A DNA stretch of 64,000 bases from positions 19,058,560 to 19,122,559 of the forward strand of contig NC_134027.1 of assembly GCF_964204645.1 (NCBI RefSeq), read 5' to 3'. The notes under the pieces are model-generated. The model was not told the DNA's origin. It saw only the letters and a program-made list of their open reading frames with translations, and did no database searches. The stretch's first letter is position 1. The number at the start of each line of letters is the position of its first letter. This DNA is from Tubulanus polymorphus (Eukaryota; Animalia; Nemertea). The position numbers and the translations under genes were made by a program. This document shows positions 25,453-37,473 of this stretch, one piece after another.

Positions 25453-27381
25453 TTGTCTCTGCATCAATTATGTCCCTGCCATCTTGGAACTAGCAGTGTG
25501 TTGTGTAAAACATGGACGATGTTGTTTGATTTTTTGGCTTTGCTGAGTGAAATTTCAACTGGAAAACTGCTGAAAAACGACCTGAGACGATGTGAAAATA
25601 AAAAATTTTCTGGGAGAGGGCCCCGGACCCCCCGTAATTACTTTGCGCCTACGGCGCTCGTTTCCGCCTTTTCAACATTGGTCTGTTATCATCCCTGAGC
25701 AACTCACTAGCAACTAGTTGTCTCCTGTCGCTTTGTCGATGTATGCTTAGCTTTAGACAGAACTTTGCTCATAGACATGTACATGACTACAAACTGACAA
25801 ATTATTAATTTGTCAACTAACTGAGTAAAACAAACAGTTAATGGCATATAGTTTTGCTAAACAACTCTGGGTGAAGCTTCATATGAGAAAGTAAGAATAA
25901 GGGCGAACTTTGAATTTCATAGTTAGCCGACTAGTGGTCATAGCAAATAAACCAACACACTATAGTTTTGTCTTGTTGGCCATCAAAAACGTTTTTTTTA
26001 AAGGAAAATATGAACAAGTTTTAACACAAGTTTTGATATGGTTCATTCCAAGCATCAAGTGATGTGCTTTTAAACTTGGTGTGTGTAATGGGGTAGGTCT
26101 GTGGACAACATTTGCCGATAATAAGCTATCTCGCTCTTCCAATATGGCCGCCAAGACGAATCTTGAATTTCTTGTTGGCACTGAACTCTTGACCATTAAA
26201 TAACCTGTGATTTCTTTTAAATTTGGTACGTCCACTAATTCTACCTATTGAGGTTCTCAAGTTCCTCGCTCTTCCAATTTGCCCGCCACAGTGGGTATTT
26301 GAATACCAAATGTAGTTCTATTTTCTTCAAAGTTGGTAGGTATAATTTGCTAGGTCCATCGATTACATCAATTGCAAATCAGCTTTCTCACGGTCCCAAA
26401 ATGGCTGCCATGGCGGCTAGACGCACATCTTTAATTTCGAATTAGACTTCCCCATAATACTCAAGCTTCTAATTCTTTTAACTCAATGACTACGTTAAGC
26501 CGCAGTTAGCGGCTCGCCGGTATTTACCGTTGCATACGGAAAGCCGCTGAGAGTGGTTTTCATGACGTCACAAATGTAAACACTGCCCCATTTGAACTAC
26601 ACGTGATTTTAACCAATCAGATTGCAAGTAAACAATATTATGAATTATGTGAGGGAATCCCATGGAATCCCGTACGCAACGCATCATAGACACTATTGAA
26701 CATGGGAAGTACCAGAAGGGGAATCCCTTGTTAACCCAAATGGCAAAAATTCCGTCTGCTGCGCGCAATTTTTAATTTCGGAGTGAATGAGTTGATAAAT
26801 ATAGCAACGATTTATCTTAACCATTTAAATTGTGGTGGCTATGTTAAATTTTTCTTGTCAGCAGTCTAAGGATCACACCTACAGAAATTTGCCATGTTAT
26901 TATTCGAGTTTTCTCTGAAATGTTGTTGGTATATTGTACTTGTTCACTGTTCACTGTGTGTGAAAACTTAACTTATAACATACCGGGTGACATAAATGGC
27001 GTCACGCCACTTTCTAGTCATCTACATGTTTGGGTTGAATATTGCTTCATTTATGCCTTAATGATGTAGTCATGAAGGTTATAAAATGGTAGTGAGTCGA
27101 TGAAGTCATTTTCGTGTCGCCACTTATGACTTGTTGGTGGGAGTTCAGAGGAAGATTTGTCAAACAAATAAATACTTTAATCTTATTAATGCAGAGTGTG
27201 AAATTTTGCTTTTTTCGATTTCCCTAAATTATTAGAAAATGCCGATAGTAAGACCGTAGGAAAGTTTTTATCGTTGAATGGGCGAATCACGGCGGCAGAG
27301 TGTACCTGTGGTAAGGCGGAAATAGTTCCACGTGAAGGTAAAACTTTTAAATGATTAGACAGTTGGAGGTGGTTTATCAAC

Positions 27382-29198
27382 TTTTTAGCTCCGCTGTGAC
27401 CGAAGTGACCTAATGGGTTAGGGGGTGAGCCGTCGCTGTCCGTCCATTCGTTCGTCAACTTTTCCTTCAAATCGCTACTTGTCCTACAGTTTTAATCGGA
27501 TCAATTCCAAATTTGGTATGAATGTTCTATGGACCAAGGCCTACAAAGTTACTGAGCGATTTTTTGGATTTGTCCCCCAGGGGCGCCCCCTGGGGGTGGA
27601 GTTTCTATTTCTTCAGGGGCGCCCCCTGGGTGGAGTTTCTATTTCTTCAAATCGCTACTAGTCCTACAGTTTTAATCGGATCAATGCCAAATTTGGTATG
27701 AATGTTCTATGGACCTAAGCCTCTAAAGTTATAGAGCCATTTTTTGGATTTGTCCCCCAGGGGCGCCCCCTGGGGGTGGAGTTTCTATTTCTTCAAATCG
27801 CTACTTGTCATACAGTTTTAATCAGATCAATTCCAAATTTGGTATGAATGTTCTATGGACATAGGCCTATAAAGTTACAGAGCCATTTTTTGGATTGGTC
27901 CACCAGGGGGCGCCCCTGGGGTTGGAGTTCCTATTTCTTCAAATCGCTACTAGTCCTACAGTTTTAATCAGATCAATTCCAAATTTAGTATGAATGTTAT
28001 ATGGACCTAGGCCTATAAAATTACGGAGCATTTTTTGGATTCATCCCCCAGGGGGCGCCTCTGGGGTTTGAGTTCCTATTCTAATTGCCACTAGTCCTAC
28101 AGTTTTAATCGGATCAATTTGGTGTGAATGTTCTTTGGACCAGGGACTATGAAGGTACAGAGCCACTTTTTTGATTTGTCCTCCAGGGGGCGTCCCTGGG
28201 GGTGGAGTTTCTATTTCTTCAAATTGCTATTAGTCCTACAGTTTTAATCAGATCAAGTCGAAATTTGGTATGAATCTTCTATGGACCAATACCTACTAAG
28301 TACAGGGCCCTTTTTGGATTTGGCCAAAAGGGGGCACCCCTAGGTATGCAGCTTCCATTTCTTCAAATCACACAATCAAAGGTACCTAGTGTCTGACATT
28401 CTACTAAAAAATCCCGGATTGATTCACCGCATATTTTTTCATAGTGAGCATTTTAGTATATGAATCAATTAAGATGATGATTGACAGACGCGGATGCGGT
28501 TGTATCAGCTGTTGAAGACGTTCGATGGAATTGAATACATTCGACACAGTAATTCGCCTGTAATTTGCGATGAATCTTTTTGAAAAAAAGCTGAAGATTG
28601 GGTCTGGCGAGATGTCCACCCCTATTGTAAAAAAATGTCATTGGTGATCAAATATGGCTGCCATTGGGGTAGCCATCTTGAATTTCTTGTTTGTACGATG
28701 CAGCCCTCAATTCTTGATGGATTTCCACAAAATTTGGTGTGAGGATCAGGGTAGGTAAGCTGTCCATGCATTTTGTAAATGGAGGTCATCGGCTTTCAAA
28801 TATGGCCGCCAGGTCAGCCATCTTGAATTTCTAGTACGAAACGGCCTGCAATTCTTGATGCATTTTCATGATACTAGGTTTAAGAATTTTGGTAGGTTAG
28901 ATGTCTACCCCTTATTGAAAATTGGGTTCTAGTATGGCCACCAGGGTTGCCATCCATCTTGGATTTCTTTTCAGCACGATACCTTCACCAATTCTTGATG
29001 CATTTTTTCATGTAGTGTGATCTTTGGGGCAGCTAAAATTGGCTTGTCTTTTCATGTAAGGATATATTAACAGAAAATTAACATTATTGCAACGTAGCCT
29101 ATACCATCTAAACTTTGTAAAACTTTGTAAAACTTTGAATACTGATTCATTCTTCTTCTACTGCGTCATGAAGTTATAAGGCCCGTGGGCCTCTTGTT
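27382..29198 (+). mobile_element. HINE/DINE-like element family D carrying an internal tandem array
   Basis: 5' TTTTTAGCTCCGC, then a GTCC/TTCG microsatellite-like tract, six ~146-bp units and a second ~130-bp repeat (28640-29000). 3' hairpin AGGCCCGTGGGCCT followed by CTTGTT. Confidence 0.82.
27465..28370. repeat. Tandem array, about 6 x 146 bp
   Basis: Units start CTTCAAATCGCTAC at 27465, 27645, 27791, 27937, about 28081 and 28217, with a partial at 28361. There is a 34-bp sub-duplication at 27611-27644. Each unit has the palindromic CCCCCAGGGGCGCCCCCTGGGGG or a variant of it. Confidence 0.93.
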
Positions 29199-29466
29199 AC
29201 AATCTTTGCTCAACACCAGTGATATTCGTGTGCATTATCAATGAGGTAGGGTTAACAGTCATCTCTCTCTGTATAGAGCAAAATTAACATCTAATTACCA
29301 TCATTAATCTATGTGCAGTTACTCAATTGCTTTCAGGTAGAAAGAAGAGTCAAAATATCTAAAACAACATTGTAGTTATGTACAGGGTTTAAATCCATGA
29401 CCAGAATTCTCTAATAAATGATTAGTTACCAGCACTTTATTTGTCATAATTGGATTTTATTTCTAG

Positions 29467-29663
29467 GAACAGAAGCCAAACCCATTTTTGAACATCATTC
29501 CATACCTGATAGTGAGTCAGTTATACGGATTGGTGGCATTTATGATTCCGTCATTCCTATCAACTTCTGCCAAATCGTTTTCGATGGAAATTTCTGAAGC
29601 GCTGACTCTTGGTATTATTGCACTGTGGTTGTCATGTATTCTATTTCCGTGGATGTTTAAAAG
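29467..29663 (+). CDS. GPAA1: GPAA1 coding exon (transmembrane region)
   Basis: ttctAG|...|GTaact. EQKPNPFLNIIPYLIVSQLYGLVAFMIPSF...EALTLGIIALWLSCILFPWMFK resembles human PLLISQAMGLALYVLP...EAVVL. Phases fit. Confidence 0.88.
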
Positions 29664-29739
29664 GTAACTATTTTGAATTATTTTGCACACATATGTCAAA
29701 CAAATGCAGGTAGTTCATATATATGAGACGGTTGTGGAT

Positions 29740-30380
29740 TTCTGGAGGAACATTGACTCCACTCTGCCACTGTGCGGGATTTACGCGAAGCAGCAGAAAC
29801 AAACATTGCCACCTTTTGAATTTTCAATGTTAGAAATTGTATATGAATTTCCATTAATTCAGCTGTTAGGGTTTCAAGGCACAATATGACGAGATGATGT
29901 GATATGGCGATGTTAATAAATAATAATGCGGCAGTGAAGCTAGTCACAAACTGTCCCGATTGAGTGTACAGTGGTCAAAAACATATATTTGCGTAGTTAT
30001 ATAACTATTTGCAGTGAATTGCTGACGAAACATGAGGCCTTAATGGCCGTTTACAAAAAAATTATAGCACACAATTGAAAGATAATGATGATATACAACT
30101 TAAGTTAAAATTATGGCCATTTCTAAAATTATATTACTAATTTGTAGTCAGTGCGGAACAATTCAATTCAAGTCATGATTTACCACATGTTACTTCCGTG
30201 TTGTTGAAAATCTCGCGAGAATGGCGCAACATTGAAACTGGGTATTAACTACACTAACTATGATCGTTGTGATCTTTGTGCTGCCACAAATACACACAGA
30301 TACTACCCATTCAACACCCAACTACCCACAGCTTTGATATAACCATCCTATTATCTAGTGTGTTTCTCCCTGGGTATAGT
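29740..30380. repeat. Second, diverged copy of the 24711-25452 repeat
   Basis: GCGGGATTTACGCGAAGCAGCAGA...GCAGTGAAGCTAGTCAC...GTTACTTCCGTGTTGTTGAAAATCT...TACCCACAGCTTT shared in the same order. Confidence 0.82.
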
Positions 30381-30695
30381 ATATGTTGAAATCTACAGTA
30401 TAGTAGTATAGTAGTGTATTTATTTTTCATAATTCATACATACAATGTCATATTTGGACAGGTTTTTTGTGCACTGTATGGTTATGAAGGATCCAGTGCT
30501 AGCCAGTTGGCTGTGCTTAGGATTAAGGCACTGGACCCTGTGTATGGTGCGTTCGGGTGCAGGGTGCAAGAACAGAGTAATAATTATAATTATATAAAAA
30601 TGAAAATAATAATAATTATAGAAATAATAGTAATAAATATAGCTGCAAAGCAGCGATAACGGGTTTTCTGCACAGTCTTAGAATCCTGTTCAACG

Positions 30696-30930
30696 GTGGA
30701 TTTCGACAAAGCATTTGATAAGGCACAACATCAGCCATTACTAAACAGGCTATTTGGAAACAGTATCAATCATAGGTTGCTCAAATGGCTCAGCAGTTAT
30801 CTCTGAACGAAAACTTGTAGCCGAAATCAACGGAACGCCTCATCTTGGAATAAGTTGGTCTAACTAGTGGAGTCACGCAAGGTAGTATCCTAAGTCGTCT
30901 TCTGTTTAATGTCCTGACAAATGACATACA
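30696..30930 (+). mobile_element. Short decayed LINE RT fragment
   Basis: Translates VDFDKAFDKAQHQPLLNRL...LLKWLSSYL and TSGVTQGSILSRLLFNVLTNDI (RT motifs D..KAFD and G.PQGS.L.P.LF...ND). Confidence 0.8.
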
Positions 30931-30984
30931 CAGTAATCCAAAATATACCAGACCGAGTAAATTTCCGAAACGACCTTAACACGC

Positions 30985-31505
30985 GCGTTCGACCAAAAAA
31001 CTTAACGTTCCGACAAGAAAATCTTGTTCGAATGAAAACAATTCTGTTTGATCGAACAATACGCTTTTTGTTTGAACCAAAACTTTTCTTCATTCTGACA
31101 AAAAATGTGTTCGAATAAAAAGCTATGTTATTGTTGAAATGAAAAACTTTTTGTCCCGGCAAAAAAATTTGGTTGATCGAAAACAATTTTTTTCGAACGA
31201 ATGTTTGAATGAAAAAAATTCTGTTCAATTGAACGAAATACTTAATACTTTAGGTTCGGAGAAAAAACTTTTTACAATATACTTGGTCGAACGAAAAACT
31301 TAATGTTCTGACAAAAAAATTCTGCTCAAATTAAAACGATTCTGTTCGATCGAACGATTGTTCAAACGAAAAACCTTTCGTTTGGACAAAAAAAAGTTTG
31401 TTCAACTTTGTTCTAACGATTTTTTCAAATTGGTTCAATCGAACAGAATATTAATGGTTCCAACGAAATAAATTTTGTTCCGACAAATGAATGTTCAAGC
31501 GAAAG
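30985..31505. repeat. Degenerate minisatellite-like tract of TTGTTCGAACGAAAA-type motifs
   Basis: Recurrent (T)GTTCG/A..CGAAAA(A) words separated by A/T runs roughly every 20-25 bp. Confidence 0.6.
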
Positions 31506-31520
31506 GTCTTATGAACTTAA

Positions 31521-31848
31521 AGCCGAACGTAGGTTGGCCTTGCTACGCGATGCGATCCTCGCATTGCATAACAAGTTTCGGTGCAAGTCGGTTGCGATAC
31601 GATTGTCAGCGACTGTGTGCGACTAGTTTCTGCCAGTCGCAAGAGTGCGTAGGTCGGTTGTGACAGTCGTGTTGCGTCGTAGAAAGTAGAACAAGTGCGA
31701 CTCCTTGTGACTGGCGTTGCTGACAGTCGCGACCTGTCCCAAGGGAGCGTGGGTCGATGAGTCGTTGCGACACAATCGTCGCTGGCGGTTGCAGTGAATG
31801 GTATTGCAGTGAGTCACAAACCGTTGCAAGACCGACTTACGCCCGGCT
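31521..31848. mobile_element. PIF/Harbinger-like MITE
   Basis: TAA|AGCCGAACGTAGGTTGGCCTTGC...GCAAGACCGACTTACGCCCGGCT|TAA. Interior is rich in GTCGC/GCGAC. Confidence 0.72.
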
Positions 31849-32207
31849 TAAGTCATTAGGAATTAATGAAATACCAGTTTCATTTATGATGAAAAACTCA
31901 AATGAAAAGTCTGGCTTATAAAGCTGTCTGCTGAGACGAAATTTTCAAAAAAATCTTCTTTTTTGCCAATAAAATTGATAATTGTGATTGATCGTTGCAA
32001 GTCAGAACCAGTTAATCACTAATTAACATGCATTTTAATAAATCTGATTCCTCCTTTACAGTGAGCTTAGCTTTTACCTCCTAGAGGCTACTAGCCTATG
32101 TATACCTATGTGTATGGGTAGGCCTAACATCCGGACAGATTGGTCGTAGGCCTATGGAATAACAACCCTCCTAAATATCGTAAATTTAGTTTTGAAGTTC
32201 AATCAAA

Positions 32208-32373
32208 TGAGTCCGTTAATAAACGCAACAATTATGCTGTGTTTGTTTGAGACAGTAAAGCTCAGTGCCGGTAGGCCTTAAGCATTAAGGTGAATCCGTT
32301 AATAAACGCAACAATTATGCTGTGTTTGTTTGAGACAGTAAAGCTCAGTGCCGGTAGGCCTAAAGCATTAAGG
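32208..32373. repeat. Tandem duplication, 2 x 83 bp
   Basis: TCCGTTAATAAACGCAACAATTATGCTGTG...GGCCT.AAGCATTAAGGT occurs twice, nearly identical. Confidence 0.92.
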
Positions 32374-33318
32374 TCGTGTAAAACTCGATAATCACTTCAA
32401 GCGACACAGCGAACGATCTCCTTTCCCCCACAGCAAACGCTTACTCCGAATGTCAAGTGTGAGTTCTCATACGGATAGGAGAGTGTTATATACTTGTATT
32501 TAGTAAATACCTTGTGCATTTGACAATGATCGGTATGTACTGTAGGAAATATAGAGTATTGATGGTATTGATATAGAGGTTGAGGCCCGCGGCCGAATAA
32601 AGTAATATATTCTTTTATTTTGATACCTCGTCGACACAACAGCTTTTCTCCGCTATATCTCTTTGGCGTGTTTAGTTTAGGCTTACGACTCCCCGGTACA
32701 CTAATGATTTATCTTAGTAAACACACGGTTAATTTGGTAGAGAAAAATAGGTATTGTTAAACTAACTGCTTGAAGCCCGCGGCCAAATCACTGGTAGTAA
32801 TAAATGTACTCGATTTGATTCTCATGTTTAGGAGAAACTCGCAGCTGATCCCCGGAACGACGATGTAGTGACACACGTCGATTACGGCTATTACGGCTTA
32901 TGTTTACGGCTTGACAGTGCTTTTAAAATCTTAAGTAGTAAATTTCCTGTGTATCGGTAATATGATTTGATGAGGAAAAAGGGTTATTGTTAAAATTAGT
33001 TTTTAAAAACCGCGACTGAATGTGCAATCCTTGGGTAATAAATTTGTTAATTTATGCTTGAATTGATAATCGACGTGACAAGAAACGTGCGGTAGATTTC
33101 GGAAAGACGACTTAGAAAAACATGTCGGTTCTTTGGGGCTCAATTTTCGATGTTTACGGCCCGACAGTGCTTTTGTAACGATGATTCGTGAAAAAACACG
33201 CTGAGTATTTGTAGATCTCAGTGAGCTGAACGATATCATACAGATTGTATCGACAACAGCGGCAAGGTAACAAAGCCTTTGTTCTTATAGTGAAAATAGG
33301 GTGACATAAAATAGTAAT

Positions 33319-34648
33319 AATAAATATAGCTGCAAGCAGCGATAACGGGTTTCTGCCTTTCTGGATAGAATGTCGTTCAGGGATGCGAGCAAAGATTTCA
33401 CCCGAAATCAGTTCGTTACATTCCGTTTTTTTGAAAGAGTGCCACCTAGGGGTCAACTCACAACATGGATATGTTGACCCACATGTGCTACTATGCGCAT
33501 GTGCTACTACGCGCAAAGTACTAATGTGCCAGGTTTGGGGGGAAATAACATCGAGAAGAATGAAGCTACGGTGTTTTTACCATTCCCTAGTGACAGTTTA
33601 AGCGCATATTCGGTTATTATTAGTTTGGGAAAAAAGTCGACTAGATAAGAAAACCGAATTTGGCCGAAGCACAAATTTGGCCTATAGGGTAAACTATGCA
33701 GGAGGGAAGGCCTTATAGTGTTACTATTAGTAGAGGAGTGACAAGTCAGTCTGACAAGTCAAGCGATCAGATGGGGACTACAATTCACATATGAAATTGA
33801 CGTCCAATAACCATTATAAAAACATAATCATGAACGGTACCATCACTCCCCATTACTGACTGTCACTGGTCTCTGGCTAGCAATCATTCTTTATCGGTGC
33901 AGTGGGTAGGTATTTTCAACTGACTTTGTTCTTCTATGACATTACGATCGCCGCTGCGTCACGATGTGATGTACATGTACAAGGGACCTCCAATTTGAAT
34001 GTAAACTGACTTTAGACCATTTAATATCAACGATGACAAGGTATCACCGACGCTGCCATTTTCTGACGCTAACTAGTATGACCCGTCTTTTTGACTGGAC
34101 CAATTCAATTCAATTAAGAAAATGCGTACCGGTACAATAAATAAATAAACCGCTGATATCCACGAACAAAACTATACTATTATAGAATGTTTAAAAGGAA
34201 CTGCTTTTAATAACAGTATGAATAAACTTACTTCACAAACAAGGAAGTACATTTTTAACTTGTGAATGGTCGAACCCCAGTTATTCACAGTAACCTGTGA
34301 TTTGGATATTCTCGGAGCCTTCCTTCTTTATTTATTTATAAAATGACGTCACAAACTTTCAGATTCACGCCAGTATGCGCGCCATGATTGATGATTGCTA
34401 TTTCCACCGGTGCTATCTTTCAGTAACTTCAAGTTTAAAATAGGAAGCACAGTACATCCATAGAAACTACGTGCAGAAAGAGACTGTTATATTATTATCA
34501 GAGTTTAACATTTCGTTTCAAAGTTGTTAGTAGTCAAATCTAATAGAAGATGATTTTTATGTGATGAAACTCAGTGGAAAATATGTTAAAATAATAATCA
34601 GCAGGAATCCAATAGGGTTTCTGCCGAGGCAGCTAAAACCCTAATAAT
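33319..34648 (-). mobile_element. Inner HINE-like element (family H relative) nested in 30633-34700
   Basis: Minus-strand 5' ATTATTAGGGTTTT...GGCAGAAACCCTATT (34648-34611). 3' GGCAGAAACCC-gttatc-GCTGCTTGCAGC-TATATTTATT. Confidence 0.65.
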
Positions 34649-34704
34649 CATGCGAATTTCAATAGGGTTTTCTGTGATGTAACAGAAAACCATAATAAAA
34701 TGAT

Positions 34705-35405
34705 AATAATGGTGATGATGATGATAATGATAATAATAACAATAAAGATAGATAATGAAGTAATAAGTTAATAGTAATAATAATAATAGCCTGATAATGC
34801 GGAATTATATGTGGTGATAATAAGATAATATATAATCACTAGAAATGATAATTACAGAGTAACACTATTTATGTAAGCATACTTGCTCACTGGTTGGATA
34901 CATGCATGACAGGGTGCTAGAAGCATGTTTATTGAAGTCTATAGATTGATATGTGAATTCTAGTATTTATTGATTATAGCACGGTTATAGGAGGTTATAA
35001 ACACTTCAAGTGTCTTCAACTTACGAAGGTTAGGACTTGTGTTATGCCACAAGATTGGTACTTCAGCTAAAAACGAATGGCATTTTTTGATTTGTGGGGC
35101 TCTGTCCGGGGAAAATTACTAGATCTAGTTTCGTATTTGTGGGATTGCGCATTTTTTTAGAATAATAAGAGAATGGGATTAGGCAATTGTTCATAATAGT
35201 ATTGATAGGCAAATTTAAGGGCATCAAGTTTAATCATATCAATTTCATCAATTTTGAGTTTTTTAAAGAGGCCTGATGTGAGAAAGTTATATGCAGCATT
35301 ACTTATTATTCGGACTGCCTTCTTTTGGAGTTTAGTCAAAGTATTTACATGTGCACGAGAAATAAGGGGACCCCAGACAAGTAATCCATATGTCAAATGA
35401 CTGTG
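34705..35405 (-). mobile_element. 3' fragment of a CR1/L2-group LINE
   Basis: HSHLTYGLLVWG...LQKKAVRIISNA.YN..T..LFK.LKI is a post-RT region like that of the 20453-23192 LINE. Followed by a degenerate (TTA/TCA)n tail. Confidence 0.75.
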
Positions 35406-35561
35406 TATATCTATATCAAGGTTACTTTGAGATTTTCATTATTGTATAGGATTTAAAAGTTCATTACATCCATCACGCTGTAGTCCGGTTTCATAAGAAA
35501 ACCATAAAAATGGTTGAAAATGACTTGTACTGTGAAATTGGATTTACTTCCATAATTTGCC

Positions 35562-36704
35562 TTTTTGGTTTACCTTTGTCAGCAGTATGAGGTTGGCATT
35601 GAGCCAATTCATGTAAAATCGCGGTGCGTTTTTTTTATGTGAGCATTTTTTTCATTGGTTCTCGGGTTAAACGACGTATAATTGATGCGATTGAAGACAT
35701 GACGAACCCCCGTCGATGACATGGTCAACTTTGTTTAAATTCCTCTAAAAACTATTTTTGGCGGGAAAATTCTTAGCTCTTGCGTATAAAATTGCAATGA
35801 CCTCGATTGGGGGGTGTCGTCTCTACGAGCGAATGTGATTGGCTGTTTTTGGGATTATACGGGGAATTCCGGTGCTACTAAAATAATTATGGTAAAGCCA
35901 TTAATGGCGAACGTTTCATTGGACTAGGTGCCGTATATGTGCAAATTTTAAATGCTCATTGCTGGTGAGAATATAATTATTTCACATATCGCCATAGGTA
36001 TTGTTTCATTTTAATACCCGGTGAATGTGTGGATTGAGATTGAAGTGAACGTTCACTATACAAGGCCTCCACATGCGCGGGAGTGCTAACATTAGAATGT
36101 TGCGCACACAAACACACTCTGCTTGTAACCCTGCTTGGCGCGTGCATGTTTGGTATGATAAGCTGAATAATCGTCGAATATGAGCGCTGTGTTTTCTGTT
36201 TGATAGAATTTGTAATAAATTGTAATTTCTTGTGACCTGAAAATACTAAGCAGCAAACTATAGGTATAGGTCGAGGTCTGAATATTGTAGTGGTAAATTC
36301 CAGGATTTAAAACGATCTAATACTACGCCCCGGTTTTAGCTTCCGCGGCCATACATTGGAAAAGGTTTCGTTTCCAAGACTCAATATTCAGCCACCCTCT
36401 GATATGTGACATCATATGAATTTCATTTGAATATTTTTTCATATTGTGAAAAATATTTCTTTGAAAATATAAAATAGTTTCCAATGCGGCGCCTACCTGT
36501 AGCCTAAGAAATTTTGGACGTAGACCATAAACAAATGTTTATCTTTGGTCTTATTTGACTACAAAATAATTCTTAAAGAAAGTTGAAATACAATATAAAC
36601 TTCTAGAACTTTGAAGTCACGAATTAAAAAGATTTTTCAAGCAATGCCCTCACTCCAAACAACCTCTAGCTTTCAAGGTAGACCACACTCATGGGCAATT
36701 TATT
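35562..36704 (+). mobile_element. HINE-like element family C, copy 1
   Basis: 5' TTTTTGGTTTACCTT. 3' AAGGTAGACC...CATGGGCAATTTATT. Whole length matches the reverse complement of 62185-63375. Confidence 0.85.
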
Positions 36705-37296
36705 TTGAGGAAGTGCCTTCTTTTCTTCGGTGATGTAGAAAAAATTGGACCTGGATCTGCCCTTCTCTCTTTTTGAAGCCAAATTTTTGATTGCCGCGGC
36801 CAATTGCAAATTTTGATAGGTTCAAATATTGCTGCGGTGAATTTACTTAAATTTCGTCGTAAAAATGGTAAAGAAAGAGAAAAAAAAATTATTTACGCTG
36901 CTGAAGTCGCTACTGTTCCAACGCCACTGAAACTCTGATATTGGCTATACCTTAAGATGTGTACATGTGGTCTGGAAATGTTTACAATCTGATTTAAAAG
37001 TTTCTTACAATACCATTTGATATGAAATATAGCTTCATTGCTACTGAAGTCATCCATGGATAATTCCACAAGTGTTGTGATCAGTCTCCAAGCTAGTTTT
37101 GGGCCAAAAGATCCATTAAAATCATCAAAAGTATTTCAATGGTAATTCAGTCTCGGAGTGCCAAGTGAACCATTACATGCAAATGAAATAAGAACGTGCT
37201 GCCATCTATCAGTAATATCTGGTCTCTCATGTATGGAAGTCTGTAGAATTTCTGTAAGCTCTGAGTAATGTAGTCTCTTTTTCATTTTCTACTCAG

Positions 37297-37473
37297 GAAA
37301 AAGTTCTTAGATGACGAGACGTATAGAAACAGTTGGATATTACTAAAATGCTTAGCTTTGCTACATCAAGCACTGATTCTATACGGAGTTGCAGTGATGA
37401 ATATATCTTTAGGATTCTTTCTAGCTGCTGTATTGGTACCAGTCAGTTTACTGTTGAATCCAGATGTAAACAG
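37297..37473 (+). CDS. GPAA1: GPAA1 coding exon (transmembrane region)
   Basis: actcAG|...|GTcagt. KKFLDDETYRNSWILLKCLALLHQALILYGVAVMNISLGFFLAAVLVPVSLLLNP matches W..LK..AL...N.SLGF.LA...VP. Confidence 0.92.

Larger units (their letters stand above)
17160..25697 (+). mobile_element. Full-length but decayed hAT-superfamily DNA transposon with nested insertions
   Basis: TIRs (A)AGGGATGATAA...TTATCATCCCTG. 6-bp TSD AGCAAC at 17154-17159 and 25698-25703. Internal transposase pseudogene. Both ends are homologous to the MITE at 54291-54877. Confidence 0.88.
16730..25752. mobile_element. PIF/Harbinger-like MITE (about 480 bp originally) split by the hAT insertion
   Basis: TTA|AGCCTAGCCTACATCGACACAGC...GCTTTGTCGATGTATGCTTAGCT|TTA: imperfect TIRs with TTA TSD. 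GCAACT/AGTTGC motifs occur on both sides of the insertion. Confidence 0.7.
30633..34700 (-). mobile_element. Outer HINE-like element (family H) containing nested sequences
   Basis: Minus-strand 5' end TTTTATTATGGTTTTCTG...CAGAAAACCCTATT (34700-34661). 3' end CAGAAAACCC-gttatc-GCTGCTTTGCAGC-TATATTTATT (30670-30633). Confidence 0.6.

Noticed and set aside
27465-28370. Regularly spaced palindromic repeats resembling a CRISPR array
   Set aside because: Whole 146-bp units repeat with no unique spacers, there are no cas genes, and the context is a eukaryotic intron inside a HINE-like element.
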